From a virus, in IMG/VR virus record IMGVR_UViG_3300006931_000001, positions 53,395 to 117,394 of that record: a DNA stretch of 64,000 nucleotides, one strand, 5' to 3'. The first letter of the stretch is position 1, and each line of letters begins with the position of its first letter. Shown in pieces: positions 9,708 to 20,311 of the stretch. A model generated the notes under the pieces. That model did not search any database. It saw only the letters and a program-made list of their open reading frames with translations, and was not told the origin of the DNA. The translations under genes and the position numbers were made by a program.

Positions 9708-11981
9708 ATGCCGACCAGTTATGGATTATTCAATCTGCACTATTTCTACTCTCAAATCCAGAGTGTTTTAGATGCAGCTGATCCTAGAGAGTGCTTACTC
9801 TGGACTGATGATTTAGCCGCCGATACTCAGCAAATTCGGTGGCAGGAGGTGAGACTCGCTGGTCGTTCTCGTTTTCTTAACATGAATGGTTTGTCGCCAT
9901 CATCTGCAGCTCTTGGCTATTCTTACGTTAGTTATTCGCCACGAGTAGAGCGTGTTGGATCACAAACAGGTGAATATCCACATCTGTTACATAAAACAAC
10001 AGAGTGGATGTTCAACACGCTTTTAACGCCTCTGGCTACGAGTACAACATTAGGAGCAGCCACAACTTATACCAGTGAGAGTCAGACAATATACGTTCCT
10101 GAGACAAAAGAGCGTGTTTTTGAGAGTGTACGGTTTACTGTATTTGTGCGCTCAGAATTTACAGCATCTAATTCACTGACTGGTGTTAGGCTAAGTTTCA
10201 GTTTAGGCGGTGCAACTTCATTTTCTTATGATCAATTAGTGACGTTAGCTGGGACTGCTAGCAGAAATATTTCAACTGAGATTGATTTCGATCTAACTGA
10301 TTATTTCAATGCACGATTTGGTAGTGGTGCCAGTCAAACCGCTCAAGCTGTCGTTAGCGCATCTACAGGTACAGCTTCAAGCATTAATGGTTTATGTTTT
10401 AAGCTTACAATAACCTACGGTTTTGATCCGCTAGCAGCTACTACGCGAATCAAAACGATTCGTATTCCTATTCATTCACAGAGCACAAGTTTAACTAATG
10501 CGCAGCAAGAAATTGGCACGGATGGTGTAGCACCTGCACCCTCTGGTCAAATTCCAGCTCTAGATACATTTTTAGTTGAGCAGAGTAAGACATACAGGAA
10601 AATATTTCTGGATTTATATGCCAATGATGGAGCGACAACTGCAGGGACGAATTTCACGCCGCAAATCCAGATTGATGCTGTAGCAGAGGTAGCTCGAGCA
10701 ACAGTCGACACAACGATAGCGCCGGCGATGCCGTGGCGAGATTCTTATGATATTTCTGGTATCACTACAAACGCGACGCATACATTTAGTATGCGTTGTG
10801 ATACCACAGTAACTGGTAGATTGTTTTGTGTTGGTGGTTTTATTGTAGTTAATTATGAGTATGATCATGCTGCAACTGTTACCAACAATTTAGCTACCTA
10901 CGAAGCTATTGTACCGTTAACTCAATCTGCAGGTTACGGTGAGCAAGAATTAACACCATACGATGGATTAGTTTCTGTAAACTTACCAGCTAATTATCAA
11001 CGCTTATTGGCAATTTTTGATATACATGAGCCTGGTACAATCATATTAAAACAGAGTGGTGTATTTTCTGTAGTTTCTGTATCTACAGCCAGCACTGCAT
11101 TTACGAGACGTGTAGGTCAACAAATAGTGCGTTCTTTTACACCATTGAGCAGTATTGGTCCGATGTTTCTTGTTCAGCGCGTAGATACTACAGCTGGCTG
11201 GTCGATTGTACGTGGAACGAATCGACTGACTTTAGACATCTGGGGAAATGGTAGAACAGCACACAACGGAGCTTTCGCTGTTATTAATTATACAGCTGGA
11301 GTTAGACAAGATGTAGATCGTGGCGCACATCCTGTCAATTTCTTGCAACGTGTGTACGATTCTAATATTGTTACGTCTAGTATCGAAGTAACTCGTGAGA
11401 GTGGTGGGCAGCATCTACCGACACTTGGATTACCATACCGAATTATCGGAGCTTATATTGCCAGCCATATATTTACATCTGCTGCAATCGCAATTGGCAT
11501 TGCCTTGGAACAGCGAGATGGCGAATGGGAAGGTGATTTAGGCTACTCCATATGCATAGGTACTTCACCACACGTAGTTAGTTGTGGTGTTAATATGCTT
11601 TTGCCTATCACTATTCACATCACACAAGATAATTTGCATAATAATAAAATTGATCTGACACAAAGACGTCGGCAGATAATTGCAAGTCAGAATAGTACGA
11701 TGGCTGGTTGGTCTACATGGATTACATATCATCAGCACGCATTTACAGTATCTGGAACCGTAACATTATTTGGTGTACCAGCAAGTGATGGTGATGTTGT
11801 GGAAATCTACGCTGGTAACAATAGTGATCCAACTACACCCGTAGATTTGATAACACGAACCATAATTTCAGGCGGTAGTGGTGGATTTACAGCAACTGTA
11901 CCTGACAATATACGAACGTATTTTGCTAGTTATAATAATGGTGTAGTTTCAGGACGTAGTCTTGTGGGAGTTCCGGTGTAA
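9708..11981 (+). CDS. Large putative virion protein
   Basis: About 757 aa, Thr/Ser-rich, C-terminal Ig/carboxypeptidase-regulatory-like strand pattern (FTVSGTVTLFG...GGFTATVPDN). Confidence 0.55.
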   Translation: MPTSYGLFNLHYFYSQIQSVLDAADPRECLLWTDDLAADTQQIRWQEVRLAGRSRFLNMNGLSPSSAALGYSYVSYSPRVERVGSQTGEYPHLLHKTTEWMFNTLLTPLATSTTLGAATTYTSESQTIYVPETKERVFESVRFTVFVRSEFTASNSLTGVRLSFSLGGATSFSYDQLVTLAGTASRNISTEIDFDLTDYFNARFGSGASQTAQAVVSASTGTASSINGLCFKLTITYGFDPLAATTRIKTIRIPIHSQSTSLTNAQQEIGTDGVAPAPSGQIPALDTFLVEQSKTYRKIFLDLYANDGATTAGTNFTPQIQIDAVAEVARATVDTTIAPAMPWRDSYDISGITTNATHTFSMRCDTTVTGRLFCVGGFIVVNYEYDHAATVTNNLATYEAIVPLTQSAGYGEQELTPYDGLVSVNLPANYQRLLAIFDIHEPGTIILKQSGVFSVVSVSTASTAFTRRVGQQIVRSFTPLSSIGPMFLVQRVDTTAGWSIVRGTNRLTLDIWGNGRTAHNGAFAVINYTAGVRQDVDRGAHPVNFLQRVYDSNIVTSSIEVTRESGGQHLPTLGLPYRIIGAYIASHIFTSAAIAIGIALEQRDGEWEGDLGYSICIGTSPHVVSCGVNMLLPITIHITQDNLHNNKIDLTQRRRQIIASQNSTMAGWSTWITYHQHAFTVSGTVTLFGVPASDGDVVEIYAGNNSDPTTPVDLITRTIISGGSGGFTATVPDNIRTYFASYNNGVVSGRSLVGVPV

Positions 11982-12721
11982 TGGCGTTCGATATTAGAAT
12001 TGGTGTTGTACCTAGCAGCAATTTTAATATTAATGTAGGTTCACAGGTTATTGTAGGTCTGAATGAAACCATAGTTATATCTGATAGCATTGACACTCTT
12101 CAAAATCTAAATCTAGCGTTAGCAGACTCTGTTAGTGTAACTGACACATTTTCGACACTACAAGCTTTTGGTTTGTCATTATCTGAGTCTATTAGTGTAG
12201 TTGATAATGTTACTGTATTAAGTGGATTTATTGTTCCACTAGTTGACTCTATTTCTGTAACTGACGGTGTAGTCGTTTTACAAAGTTTGAACGTACTACT
12301 AACAGAAACTATTTCTTTACTTGATTCTTTAAGTACACAGACAATTCTACAATTGTCATTAGCAGAATCGATTTTTGCATCAGACACTCTATCGACAATT
12401 GGTAGTTTTTTCAGTAGTGTATTTGATACTATTTCTTTAAGCGATAGTGTAGTAATATTAGATTCGTCTTTAGTATTATTTGACATCTTGCTACTGAGTG
12501 ATTCAATTTTTTGTGTTAAGACATCAGTAATTCAGTTATTAGAGACTGTAAACTGCACAGAGAATTTTGTATTTTCTCTCACAGGTAATATCAATTTATA
12601 CGAAACACCAATTAGACTTCGAAACTCGATCGATCCGCATATACCTATTACTACGCCTAGTCTGACGGGTACATTAACAGCACTTGATGATCTCGTAGGA
12701 ACTTTGCGAAATCTGCAATAA
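11981..12721 (+). CDS. 20-aa repeat (L-x-E/D-S/T-I-x-x-x-D) structural protein, paralog 1
   Basis: Repeats such as LADSVSVTD, LSESISVVD, LVDSISVTD, LTETISLLD at 20-aa spacing. Confidence 0.6.
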   Translation: MAFDIRIGVVPSSNFNINVGSQVIVGLNETIVISDSIDTLQNLNLALADSVSVTDTFSTLQAFGLSLSESISVVDNVTVLSGFIVPLVDSISVTDGVVVLQSLNVLLTETISLLDSLSTQTILQLSLAESIFASDTLSTIGSFFSSVFDTISLSDSVVILDSSLVLFDILLLSDSIFCVKTSVIQLLETVNCTENFVFSLTGNINLYETPIRLRNSIDPHIPITTPSLTGTLTALDDLVGTLRNLQ

Positions 12722-12735
12722 CTGGGAGAAATAGC

Positions 12736-13656
12736 ATGAGTGATTTAGCAGGCTTTCTCGCGATGTTCTTAGGTGGTCCATCTGCAATTGTTACACTAAA
12801 TGATGCAATTTCTATTACAGAGCAATTAACAGTACATTCTGGACCAAATGTTGGACTTGTAGAGGGAGCAATTACTGTAAGTGACGCATTTAATAATATC
12901 GCGCATTTTAATGTTATTCCGATTGAGGTTGTAACTCTTACGGATAGTGTACCTGTAATTGCTAACTTGATCTCAACGTTGAGTGATCAAATTTCATTGA
13001 TAGATAACTCAGTAGCATCTTCTGGTATATTTATTTCTATATCAGAAAGTGTAGGATTATCAGATTCTGTTATTACTATATTTACTACACCTATTGCGTA
13101 CACTGCGTCACTCAGTGAAACGGTAAATATTGCAGATGCGATATCACTGATGATTAATGCTGTCGTATTTCTAGCAGATACTGTACCTATAATAGACAAC
13201 ACAGTTTTATCGCAAGCTAGTAGTTTACTATTTAATGAATTATATTTTATTTCAGAAAGTATTAGTAACAGCTACGTATTTATAGCTAGCCTCGCTGATA
13301 CAATACTCAGTGCTGAAAATCTCGGTACACAAAAAACTGCAATTATTAATAACACTGAAAATATTACGCTATTAGAAGACTTAGCTATAACTTTTAATAA
13401 CGCAGTAAGCGGTCTAGAAAATGTAATACTTTCTGAAATTGTTAACGTATCTCGAAGTATGCAGTCAATTTTCGCAGATTCACTGATTATAACTGATTCA
13501 CTATCAGTAATAGCGCATAGAAATGTACAAATTTTTGAAATCCCAATAAAAATTAATACTACTATAGTAACGCCGAGAACGCTAGCACTCCTAGATTTTG
13601 TAGGAGAGTTGTCAACAGAAGATAATGAGTTAATAGGAACCTTGGAGGATGCATGA
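12736..13656 (+). CDS. 20-aa repeat structural protein, paralog 2
   Basis: Same repeat (LNDAISITE, LSDQISLID, LSETVNIAD) and a C-terminus similar to the upstream gene. Confidence 0.6.
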   Translation: MSDLAGFLAMFLGGPSAIVTLNDAISITEQLTVHSGPNVGLVEGAITVSDAFNNIAHFNVIPIEVVTLTDSVPVIANLISTLSDQISLIDNSVASSGIFISISESVGLSDSVITIFTTPIAYTASLSETVNIADAISLMINAVVFLADTVPIIDNTVLSQASSLLFNELYFISESISNSYVFIASLADTILSAENLGTQKTAIINNTENITLLEDLAITFNNAVSGLENVILSEIVNVSRSMQSIFADSLIITDSLSVIAHRNVQIFEIPIKINTTIVTPRTLALLDFVGELSTEDNELIGTLEDA

Positions 13657-14057
13657 CAGCTTGTTGTGATATTTTGGTATCACGAGATCCATATGAACTA
13701 TACCAAGGAGAAAGCCGTCACTGGGTATTAAGCGTAACACAACAAAATACAGGAATGCCACAATCAATTGCAGGAGCTAAGCTCTATCTAACAGTACGAG
13801 CTAGAATCGAAAATGTAGATACATTGATTTTACTACGCAATCAAGCGGCTGGCGGTAGTGATTCTCAAATACTCATCAGACCAGACACAGGAATCGATAT
13901 CGGTAAAGCTGATGTGTATACATCTGTTTCTGATTCATCTACTATAATTCCAGGAGATTATTGGATAGATGCATGGGTAGTGCTTACAACAGGTGAGCAT
14001 CGTCCAATTATTAGAACTCGAGCGTTCAAGATCAGGCCCGCGGTTACTAGATTTTAG
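13653..14057 (+). CDS. BppU-like baseplate/adaptor Ig-fold protein
   Basis: ELYQGES...SIAGAKLYLTV...PGDYWIDAWV...FKIRPAVTR pattern. Confidence 0.5.
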   Translation: MTACCDILVSRDPYELYQGESRHWVLSVTQQNTGMPQSIAGAKLYLTVRARIENVDTLILLRNQAAGGSDSQILIRPDTGIDIGKADVYTSVSDSSTIIPGDYWIDAWVVLTTGEHRPIIRTRAFKIRPAVTRF

Positions 14058-14065
14058 GAGACATA

Positions 14066-14440
14066 ATGGATACTTTTAAATTAATAGGACATTCTTCTAT
14101 TAGACCGCCGATCACCAGCACGACTCTGTCGGGTGATATGTCGATAGAAGCTGATATTGATGAAGAATTAGCGCTTACACGAAAATACGCACAACTAATT
14201 CAGTTGGTTACTGATGGTGCTCAAGTTGTCAGTCTGGGTGGAATAACGCTAGCATCTTTAATTATCATTAAAACGGATAACCCTATAATTGCTACGTTTA
14301 CCTCTACTGCAGGTAGTGGTGTGGTTCCGATAGGCCGGTGGTTTAGTGTAATTACAGAAGATGTACCTGTTACTGCTATCTCATTGCAGAGACCATCAGG
14401 TATCCTTACAAACGTTCGGTTGACGCTAGGCCAGCTCTAG
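14066..14440 (+). CDS. Putative virion protein, last gene of structural block
   Basis: 124 aa beta-rich, AGGAG RBS. Confidence 0.5.
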   Translation: MDTFKLIGHSSIRPPITSTTLSGDMSIEADIDEELALTRKYAQLIQLVTDGAQVVSLGGITLASLIIIKTDNPIIATFTSTAGSGVVPIGRWFSVITEDVPVTAISLQRPSGILTNVRLTLGQL

Positions 14441-14592
14441 GTACCGTGTCATCGGCGCACGCGTGTCTGTATGGTGCACGGTGTGCGTTGCTGCTCGTCG
14501 AGAAATTCCGCAGACTTGACAGGCTTGGTGTGCTCGTGAGATACACTATCTCCGATGCGGTCTGCGCTTACAAGACACACTAGAGGTGCGCG

Positions 14593-16011
14593 ATGAAGCA
14601 CACGGTTACCATACGGTTGCTAGACAATCGTCGGTGTTCCGTATTTGGTTTGGATTCTAAGATAACGCGATTGCTCGATGAGGCGTTAGCGATCGAAGTT
14701 CAAGGTGCACAATTTCAGGCATCAGTACGGCGTGGACTCTGGGATGGTAAGCGGCATTTATTTTCCAAAAAGACGAACACATTTCCACACGGCTTGCTTT
14801 CGCGAGTCGTTTCTTTTTTGGAAGATTTGAAGCTATACGTAAAGATTCGAGATAAACGAGCGAAACATATTCCTAAGCCAGATCTCTCGCTTGTGCATAA
14901 AAATATGCTCAAGGGAGATATTACGTTGCGTCCGTATCAACTCAAGGCGATACGTAGAGGCTTGAAGAGACAGCGTGGTATATTCTGGTTAGCTACGAAT
15001 TCCGGTAAAACTGAAGTATCTGCAGCTATCATTAAAACACTCATTAATCATAGAACTCTGTTTCTTGTTCATAAACAAGCTCTGCTAGATCAAGCACGAG
15101 CTCGCATAGCTCTCAGACTTGGGACGATAGAAGAGCATATTGGTGTAATAGGAGCTGGACGTTTTGATCCTAAGCATATAACAGTGGCAACAATTCAGAC
15201 GTTGTCACGCAAGATGCATCCGAAGAAACGAAGACTAATTCAAGCGTATTTTAATACTATTGGACAGCTACATATTGATGAAGGTCATCATAGTAAAGCT
15301 ACAACATGGTATAAACTAATAAATCGAATTGATGCACAATTTCGATTTATCTACAGTGGAACACCATTCGGTAGTGGTAACGGATTGATGGTAGAGGCGT
15401 GCACTGGTCCGATTATTCATCGAGTTACCAACGATGAACTCATCAAACTAGGTGTGAGCGCTAAACCTACGATTGAGATTATACAGTGTGAAAAACCTGT
15501 ATTAGCTAATGATTTGTCGTGGGTAGACGTGTATCAGCAAGGAATTGTTGAGAACGATGCTCGCAATGCTCTTATTGCTAAGCGTGCTCATAAATTTACT
15601 AAAGCGCGCCTGAAGACGATGATTTTGGTGACTCACCTTCGACATGGTGATCTCATAAATCAGCATCTAGATGCGCTAAGCATCGCTTACGAGTTCGCTC
15701 ATGGCCGGATGCCTCGGTCCGCACAGCGCGATGCTGTAGCGCGTTTTGAGCATGGAAACATTGATGTCTTGGTAGCTTCGCCGATCTTCGATGAAGGTGT
15801 CGACATGCCAGCTATACGAGCATTGATTGTTGCAGACGGAGGTAAGAGTGTACGTGCTGCACTGCAAAAGATCGGTCGTGGTTTGCGTAAGAAAGAAGGT
15901 GTAAATGCACTTGCTGTAGTAGATTTTGCCGATATGAGTCATAAATGGCTTGCTCGGCATTCGCAAGACCGAATTTCTATCTACGAAAATGAAGGCTTCA
16001 AGCTGAAATGA
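14593..16011 (+). CDS. Superfamily 2 DNA helicase (UvsW-like)
   Basis: Q-motif LRPYQ, Walker A ATNSGKT, DEGH, SGTP, EGVDMP, QKIGRGLR. Confidence 0.92.
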   Translation: MKHTVTIRLLDNRRCSVFGLDSKITRLLDEALAIEVQGAQFQASVRRGLWDGKRHLFSKKTNTFPHGLLSRVVSFLEDLKLYVKIRDKRAKHIPKPDLSLVHKNMLKGDITLRPYQLKAIRRGLKRQRGIFWLATNSGKTEVSAAIIKTLINHRTLFLVHKQALLDQARARIALRLGTIEEHIGVIGAGRFDPKHITVATIQTLSRKMHPKKRRLIQAYFNTIGQLHIDEGHHSKATTWYKLINRIDAQFRFIYSGTPFGSGNGLMVEACTGPIIHRVTNDELIKLGVSAKPTIEIIQCEKPVLANDLSWVDVYQQGIVENDARNALIAKRAHKFTKARLKTMILVTHLRHGDLINQHLDALSIAYEFAHGRMPRSAQRDAVARFEHGNIDVLVASPIFDEGVDMPAIRALIVADGGKSVRAALQKIGRGLRKKEGVNALAVVDFADMSHKWLARHSQDRISIYENEGFKLK

Positions 16012-16017
16012 GGAACG

Positions 16018-16560
16018 ATGCCAAAAAAGCAGCGTAGAAAGCTTGCAGCACAACTAGCAGCTCTGTTTCATGATCATCTAATTGAGCGTAGTTTACTAAC
16101 CCTGCATAGAGGACGTAAAATGCGAACTCAGTTAGATGATTTATCTAAAACAGAACGTCAAGCCTTCCTTAAAGCCGCGGCTATCGTTTATTTGGTTGGA
16201 GCAGATCCTCGTGAATTTATCGCAGCACAATTCCAAGCTTGGGAAGCTTATTCTCAGGCATTCGGAAAGTACATACTACCTCACCCAACTACTCTTTCTA
16301 CTCTTGGAGCTCAAGCACGATATGCGCAGTACAAAAAACAGCAAGAGGCTAGAGCAAATCGCAAGTCACCTGTAAAAGAGAAAAGTCTCAAAGAGCACTA
16401 CAGAGAAGAAAGAAAATTGGCTGGTCTGGTACGTATTATGCGCAAGCCGCCAGAGGACATACTCACACAGCGGCCAGAAGAATTCACACCGGACTTCCTG
16501 CGAGTTCGTGGAGTGTGGAAGGTAGTCAAAGAGCTCTATCAAGAGCGTACAGCTGTATGA
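16018..16560 (+). CDS. Hypothetical replication-associated protein
   Basis: 180-aa basic ORF between two helicases, coupled to the DnaB-like gene. Confidence 0.55.
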   Translation: MPKKQRRKLAAQLAALFHDHLIERSLLTLHRGRKMRTQLDDLSKTERQAFLKAAAIVYLVGADPREFIAAQFQAWEAYSQAFGKYILPHPTTLSTLGAQARYAQYKKQQEARANRKSPVKEKSLKEHYREERKLAGLVRIMRKPPEDILTQRPEEFTPDFLRVRGVWKVVKELYQERTAV

Positions 16561-17870
16561 GTACCAAAAAGAAGCCAGGTGTATTCGATTATGGTATTTC
16601 ATTTCAAAGCAAGCTTGTACGTGTACTCTATGACGACGTAGATTTTACTACAACATGTGGTGTCCATCTCAAAACTGATGCATTTGAGAAACGAATACAT
16701 CGCTGGTTTGCTGACAAAATAATCGAGTACGCAAAGAAACATGGGCATGGTGTTAGTATCGACGCTCTGAGGATTGGACTCAAGCGTGATGCTAAAATAG
16801 GCAAATTTCCAAAAGATAATCTTGAAGCTGCACATGCGATGCTCGAAAAACTCGAGCGTCCACTTAAGGAACGCTCTTTTATAAAGGAAGAGCTCTTCAA
16901 ATTCATCAAACATCAGGCGATTCGTAGCGCAATTCTCAATGCTGCACAGGCCGGTGGTCATCTCGATCACGGTGATTACGATGCTATTGATGAGGATTTT
17001 GCTAGAGTCACTGAGATCCAAGAGTCACTCACAGGTGGCTTAGGTACTTTTTTTGTACGTGATGTCAAAGCACGTACAACGAAACGTAAAAAATACACCA
17101 AAGATGGTATCAGCACGGGGACCAAAGCTGATGACTATCTAAAGCCAGGTGGAGTACCTCGAAAGAATCTGGCTGTAATTGTAGCTCCTTCAGGCAAAGG
17201 CAAGAGTCACAATTTAGTTCACATTGGTAAAAGCGCAATTGTTGAGAGTAATGTCAAAGTTTTGCATGTTACATTGGAATTGTCTGAAGATGCTATTTTA
17301 GATAGGTACGATGCGACGTTCAGTGATATTCCTGCACAGCGTCTAGAAGAAAAGCCTATAGCTGTCAAGCGTGCAATCAAACAACTTGGTGAGCAGTATG
17401 GTGAATTCTTGGTAGTGAAAGAATTTCCATCTGCGACACTTACTGTCCCTGCATTGCGTGCATACATTCGCCAGTTGGAGCGTATCGCATTTTATCCAGA
17501 TGTCGTAATTGTAGATTACGCGGATGAAATGCTGCCATCGTGGACATCTAAAAATGATGATCCGTATGAGGCTATGGGCCGCATTTATCGCGAATTACGC
17601 AAAATGGCTCATGAGCTACAAGTTGTAGTCTGGACAGCAAGTCAAACCAACAAAACAGCACTTAACAAAGAATTTTTTGACTGGAATGATATTGCAGACT
17701 CATCCAAAAAAGTGATGATAGCTGATTATGTAGTGTGTTTCCTACAGACACTTGCAGAGAAAAAGAAAAAAGAAGCACGTTGGATGGTAGCAAAGAGCAG
17801 ACTCGGTCCTGATAAATTTGATATTAAATTGCGTGTTGATTGGTCGCGTTCACAAATAAGGAGTGTGTAA
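16557..17870 (+). CDS. Replicative DnaB-like (SF4) helicase
   Basis: Walker A APSGKGKS, HVTLELSE, Walker B VIVDYAD, WTASQTN, AKSRLG; ATG at 16557 overlaps upstream stop. Confidence 0.92.
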   Translation: MSTKKKPGVFDYGISFQSKLVRVLYDDVDFTTTCGVHLKTDAFEKRIHRWFADKIIEYAKKHGHGVSIDALRIGLKRDAKIGKFPKDNLEAAHAMLEKLERPLKERSFIKEELFKFIKHQAIRSAILNAAQAGGHLDHGDYDAIDEDFARVTEIQESLTGGLGTFFVRDVKARTTKRKKYTKDGISTGTKADDYLKPGGVPRKNLAVIVAPSGKGKSHNLVHIGKSAIVESNVKVLHVTLELSEDAILDRYDATFSDIPAQRLEEKPIAVKRAIKQLGEQYGEFLVVKEFPSATLTVPALRAYIRQLERIAFYPDVVIVDYADEMLPSWTSKNDDPYEAMGRIYRELRKMAHELQVVVWTASQTNKTALNKEFFDWNDIADSSKKVMIADYVVCFLQTLAEKKKKEARWMVAKSRLGPDKFDIKLRVDWSRSQIRSV

Positions 17871-17930
17871 TATTAATCAGTAATCTAATTATAATAATTA
17901 ATAATTACTAACTTAGATTTGGAGATGACA

Positions 17931-18854
17931 ATGAAACAATTAGTTTCACAGATCATATTAGCAGCGTGTATAGCTATACCTACAGCAGATGCCAATACAG
18001 GATTCGGGCCTGTTACCACAATATCTCTGTTTGGAGGAAATAATAACGATTTGACTATTGGAACTAGTTTCGCACTGATCACACCACATGCGAATGGTAC
18101 GTCTGTTGTTACTGGTGTTAGTCGTAGTGGTTATTCGGCTAACGATATCGTTTGGATTTTTAATGCATCATCAACATTAAATTTGGTGATGACAGCAGAT
18201 GACAGTAATTCATCTGGAATTAATCAACTGCATTTGCTAGATCCAACTGTTACTGTATTACCTTGGCATTCAGTTGGAATTATTCTGGATTCGACAAATG
18301 GCTGGCGCGTGCTTGGTGGATCATCGCAAGCTGGACCTACAGGTCCAACAGGTGCACAAGGTCCAACTGGACCTACGGGTGCACAAGGCGCACAGGGACC
18401 TCAAGGCATCCAAGGAATTCAAGGCTCGCAAGGATCACAAGGTCCAATTGGTGATACAGGATCTACTGGTCCAACTGGATCTACAGGTCCTGCAGGACCT
18501 GGATTTGGTACAATTTCAAGTGCGAGTCCAGCACGTACATTAAATAGTGCCTCATTTACTCCAAGCACAACCAAGGTTACCTTGGTGCATTATTCTGTAC
18601 GTATTGCATCTAGCCTGACACTGACATCAGGTGCGGCTGGTCGTGTGCAATTGGTGGTTGATGGAACGGTGAGAGGTAGGTGTGCAGGTGGAAATACTGG
18701 AACTCTCACGGTTGGCTTGAGTTTGGTGACCACAACAGAGTGTATGTTGACATATTTAATACCAGCAAATAGTACGGTACAAATTAATACCGTAAATGAA
18801 ACTGGTACGCCGACATATACGTTGACGACGATCGACGAACAGACTCTGAATTAA
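17931..18854 (+). CDS. Collagen-like protein with N-terminal signal-peptide-like segment
   Basis: [21 protein letters not shown] leader; 19 Gly-X-Y triplets; GGAG RBS. Confidence 0.75.
   Translation: MKQLVSQIILAACIAIPTADANTGFGPVTTISLFGGNNNDLTIGTSFALITPHANGTSVVTGVSRSGYSANDIVWIFNASSTLNLVMTADDSNSSGINQLHLLDPTVTVLPWHSVGIILDSTNGWRVLGGSSQAGPTGPTGAQGPTGPTGAQGAQGPQGIQGIQGSQGSQGPIGDTGSTGPTGSTGPAGPGFGTISSASPARTLNSASFTPSTTKVTLVHYSVRIASSLTLTSGAAGRVQLVVDGTVRGRCAGGNTGTLTVGLSLVTTTECMLTYLIPANSTVQINTVNETGTPTYTLTTIDEQTLN
18333..18503 (+). repeat. Collagen Gly-X-Y coding repeat (19 triplets)
   Basis: [27 protein letters not shown] ... GPA GPG, 9-bp periodicity. Confidence 0.9.
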
Positions 18855-18860
18855 CCAATC

Positions 18861-19247
18861 ATGGCACTCAAAAGCGAGAATGGCTTACTTCGATGTCCGC
18901 GATGTGAAGCGGACATTTACTTTGGGCGTTGCTCTTCTCGCGAGTGTGGTTGGCAAGCGCCGTGGCGCTTAGAGCAAGAGGCAAGGCGTAAAGCTAAAGT
19001 CAAACGTGGCTACGGAACACCGACTAAGCTTGCGCCTAAAGTTGGAGAATTTCCAAAACCTAAGCGTGTTGTAAAAACTGAGAGTGGTAAAATTATACGA
19101 CAAGAGTACAATTGTCCTATATGTAAAGGAAAAGGCTGGTTACTGAATCCGTGTACTAGTTGTGAATTGTGCTTTGGCAAGGGTATTATAGGTTATATGT
19201 TATTAATGCAATGGTGGAGTGTCGTAAAAAAGGATCAAGAGTCATGA
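18861..19247 (+). CDS. Zinc-finger protein
   Basis: CPRC...CSSREC and DnaJ-like CPICKGKG...CELCFGKG motifs. Confidence 0.65.
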   Translation: MALKSENGLLRCPRCEADIYFGRCSSRECGWQAPWRLEQEARRKAKVKRGYGTPTKLAPKVGEFPKPKRVVKTESGKIIRQEYNCPICKGKGWLLNPCTSCELCFGKGIIGYMLLMQWWSVVKKDQES

Positions 19248-20308
19248 ATCTCGGAGCTCGTATGCGAGCGCTTGTCAGATTGTTTGACATCAGAACATAT
19301 TTGAAAAAATATGATCCTGACGCAAAAGATCACGGCAAAGAAATGTCCGTGGATTGTCCATACTGTATCGAAGAAGACAAGCTAAAAAAGCTCTGGGTAT
19401 TGTGCGAAGATCGAAACGGAAAACGTGCTGGACACTGGATTTGTTATTACTGTCAATCAGGCGGCACTGATGTTGTCTCACTCATACGATATATTGAGGA
19501 TTGTTCTCTCTTTCAAGTTTTCGAAATTCTCACAGCTGATCGTGCAGATGCACAGCATGTTGATTTACGGATTCTGATTCAAGACACACTTTTTGGTGTA
19601 GATGGTTCAATCGAAGCACATTGGGATGAAACACCAATCAAGCCTATTCCATTACCTGACAGTTTCAAACGTATTAGAGATGTTAATCAATATCCGTATT
19701 TAGCACGACGTGGTATTTCTCAAGAGCGTGTTGATTTATATGGTTTAGGCGTGTGCACAGTTGGTGCAGGCAAGGAAGCCAAATACACAAATCGGCTAAT
19801 AGTACCTGTAATATTGCACGGTCAACAAATATTTTATATCGCACGATATATGAAAAAGATACCTCCTAAAGGAGTGAAAAAATCACTGTATCCTGTAGGA
19901 GCTAAATCTGGTCGTACATTATTTAATTACGACACAGCGAAACAGTTTGAACGTGTGTACCTGGTAGAGGATGTATTTTCCGCGATGGCTATAGGCAAAC
20001 GTGCGATGGCTACATTTGGAACATCTTTTAGTCAGTACCAAATGGATTTATTGTTACGTAGTGCAGCGCAAGAAGTAGTCATCATCTGGGATAGAGATGA
20101 TGGAGCAAAAGCTGGCCAGAGTGGCTATGAGAAAGCGCAAAAGGTGGCAGAGCGTCTATCCGAATTCTGGCGTGTGAGGAATGTACGGCTACCAGACGCA
20201 CGAGATCCAGATGAGATCAAACGCTCTGAACTCCGACGCTTGGTGAAGGCTACGTCTGTACTCGATGAAAGCTCGGCGTGGCGAGCTACTGTGCTTTCTC
20301 GTTTGTGA
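19244..20308 (+). CDS. DNA primase (zinc finger + TOPRIM)
   Basis: CPYC..CYYC zinc motif, YLARRGI, RLIVPV, LVEDVFSA, IIWDRD, DPDE. Confidence 0.9.
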   Translation: MNLGARMRALVRLFDIRTYLKKYDPDAKDHGKEMSVDCPYCIEEDKLKKLWVLCEDRNGKRAGHWICYYCQSGGTDVVSLIRYIEDCSLFQVFEILTADRADAQHVDLRILIQDTLFGVDGSIEAHWDETPIKPIPLPDSFKRIRDVNQYPYLARRGISQERVDLYGLGVCTVGAGKEAKYTNRLIVPVILHGQQIFYIARYMKKIPPKGVKKSLYPVGAKSGRTLFNYDTAKQFERVYLVEDVFSAMAIGKRAMATFGTSFSQYQMDLLLRSAAQEVVIIWDRDDGAKAGQSGYEKAQKVAERLSEFWRVRNVRLPDARDPDEIKRSELRRLVKATSVLDESSAWRATVLSRL

Positions 20309-20311
20309 GCT

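Noticed and set aside
14516-14547. Canonical sigma70 promoter TTGACA...TACACT
   Set aside because: Spacer is 20 bp, outside the usual 16-18 bp, so it was not called as a feature.
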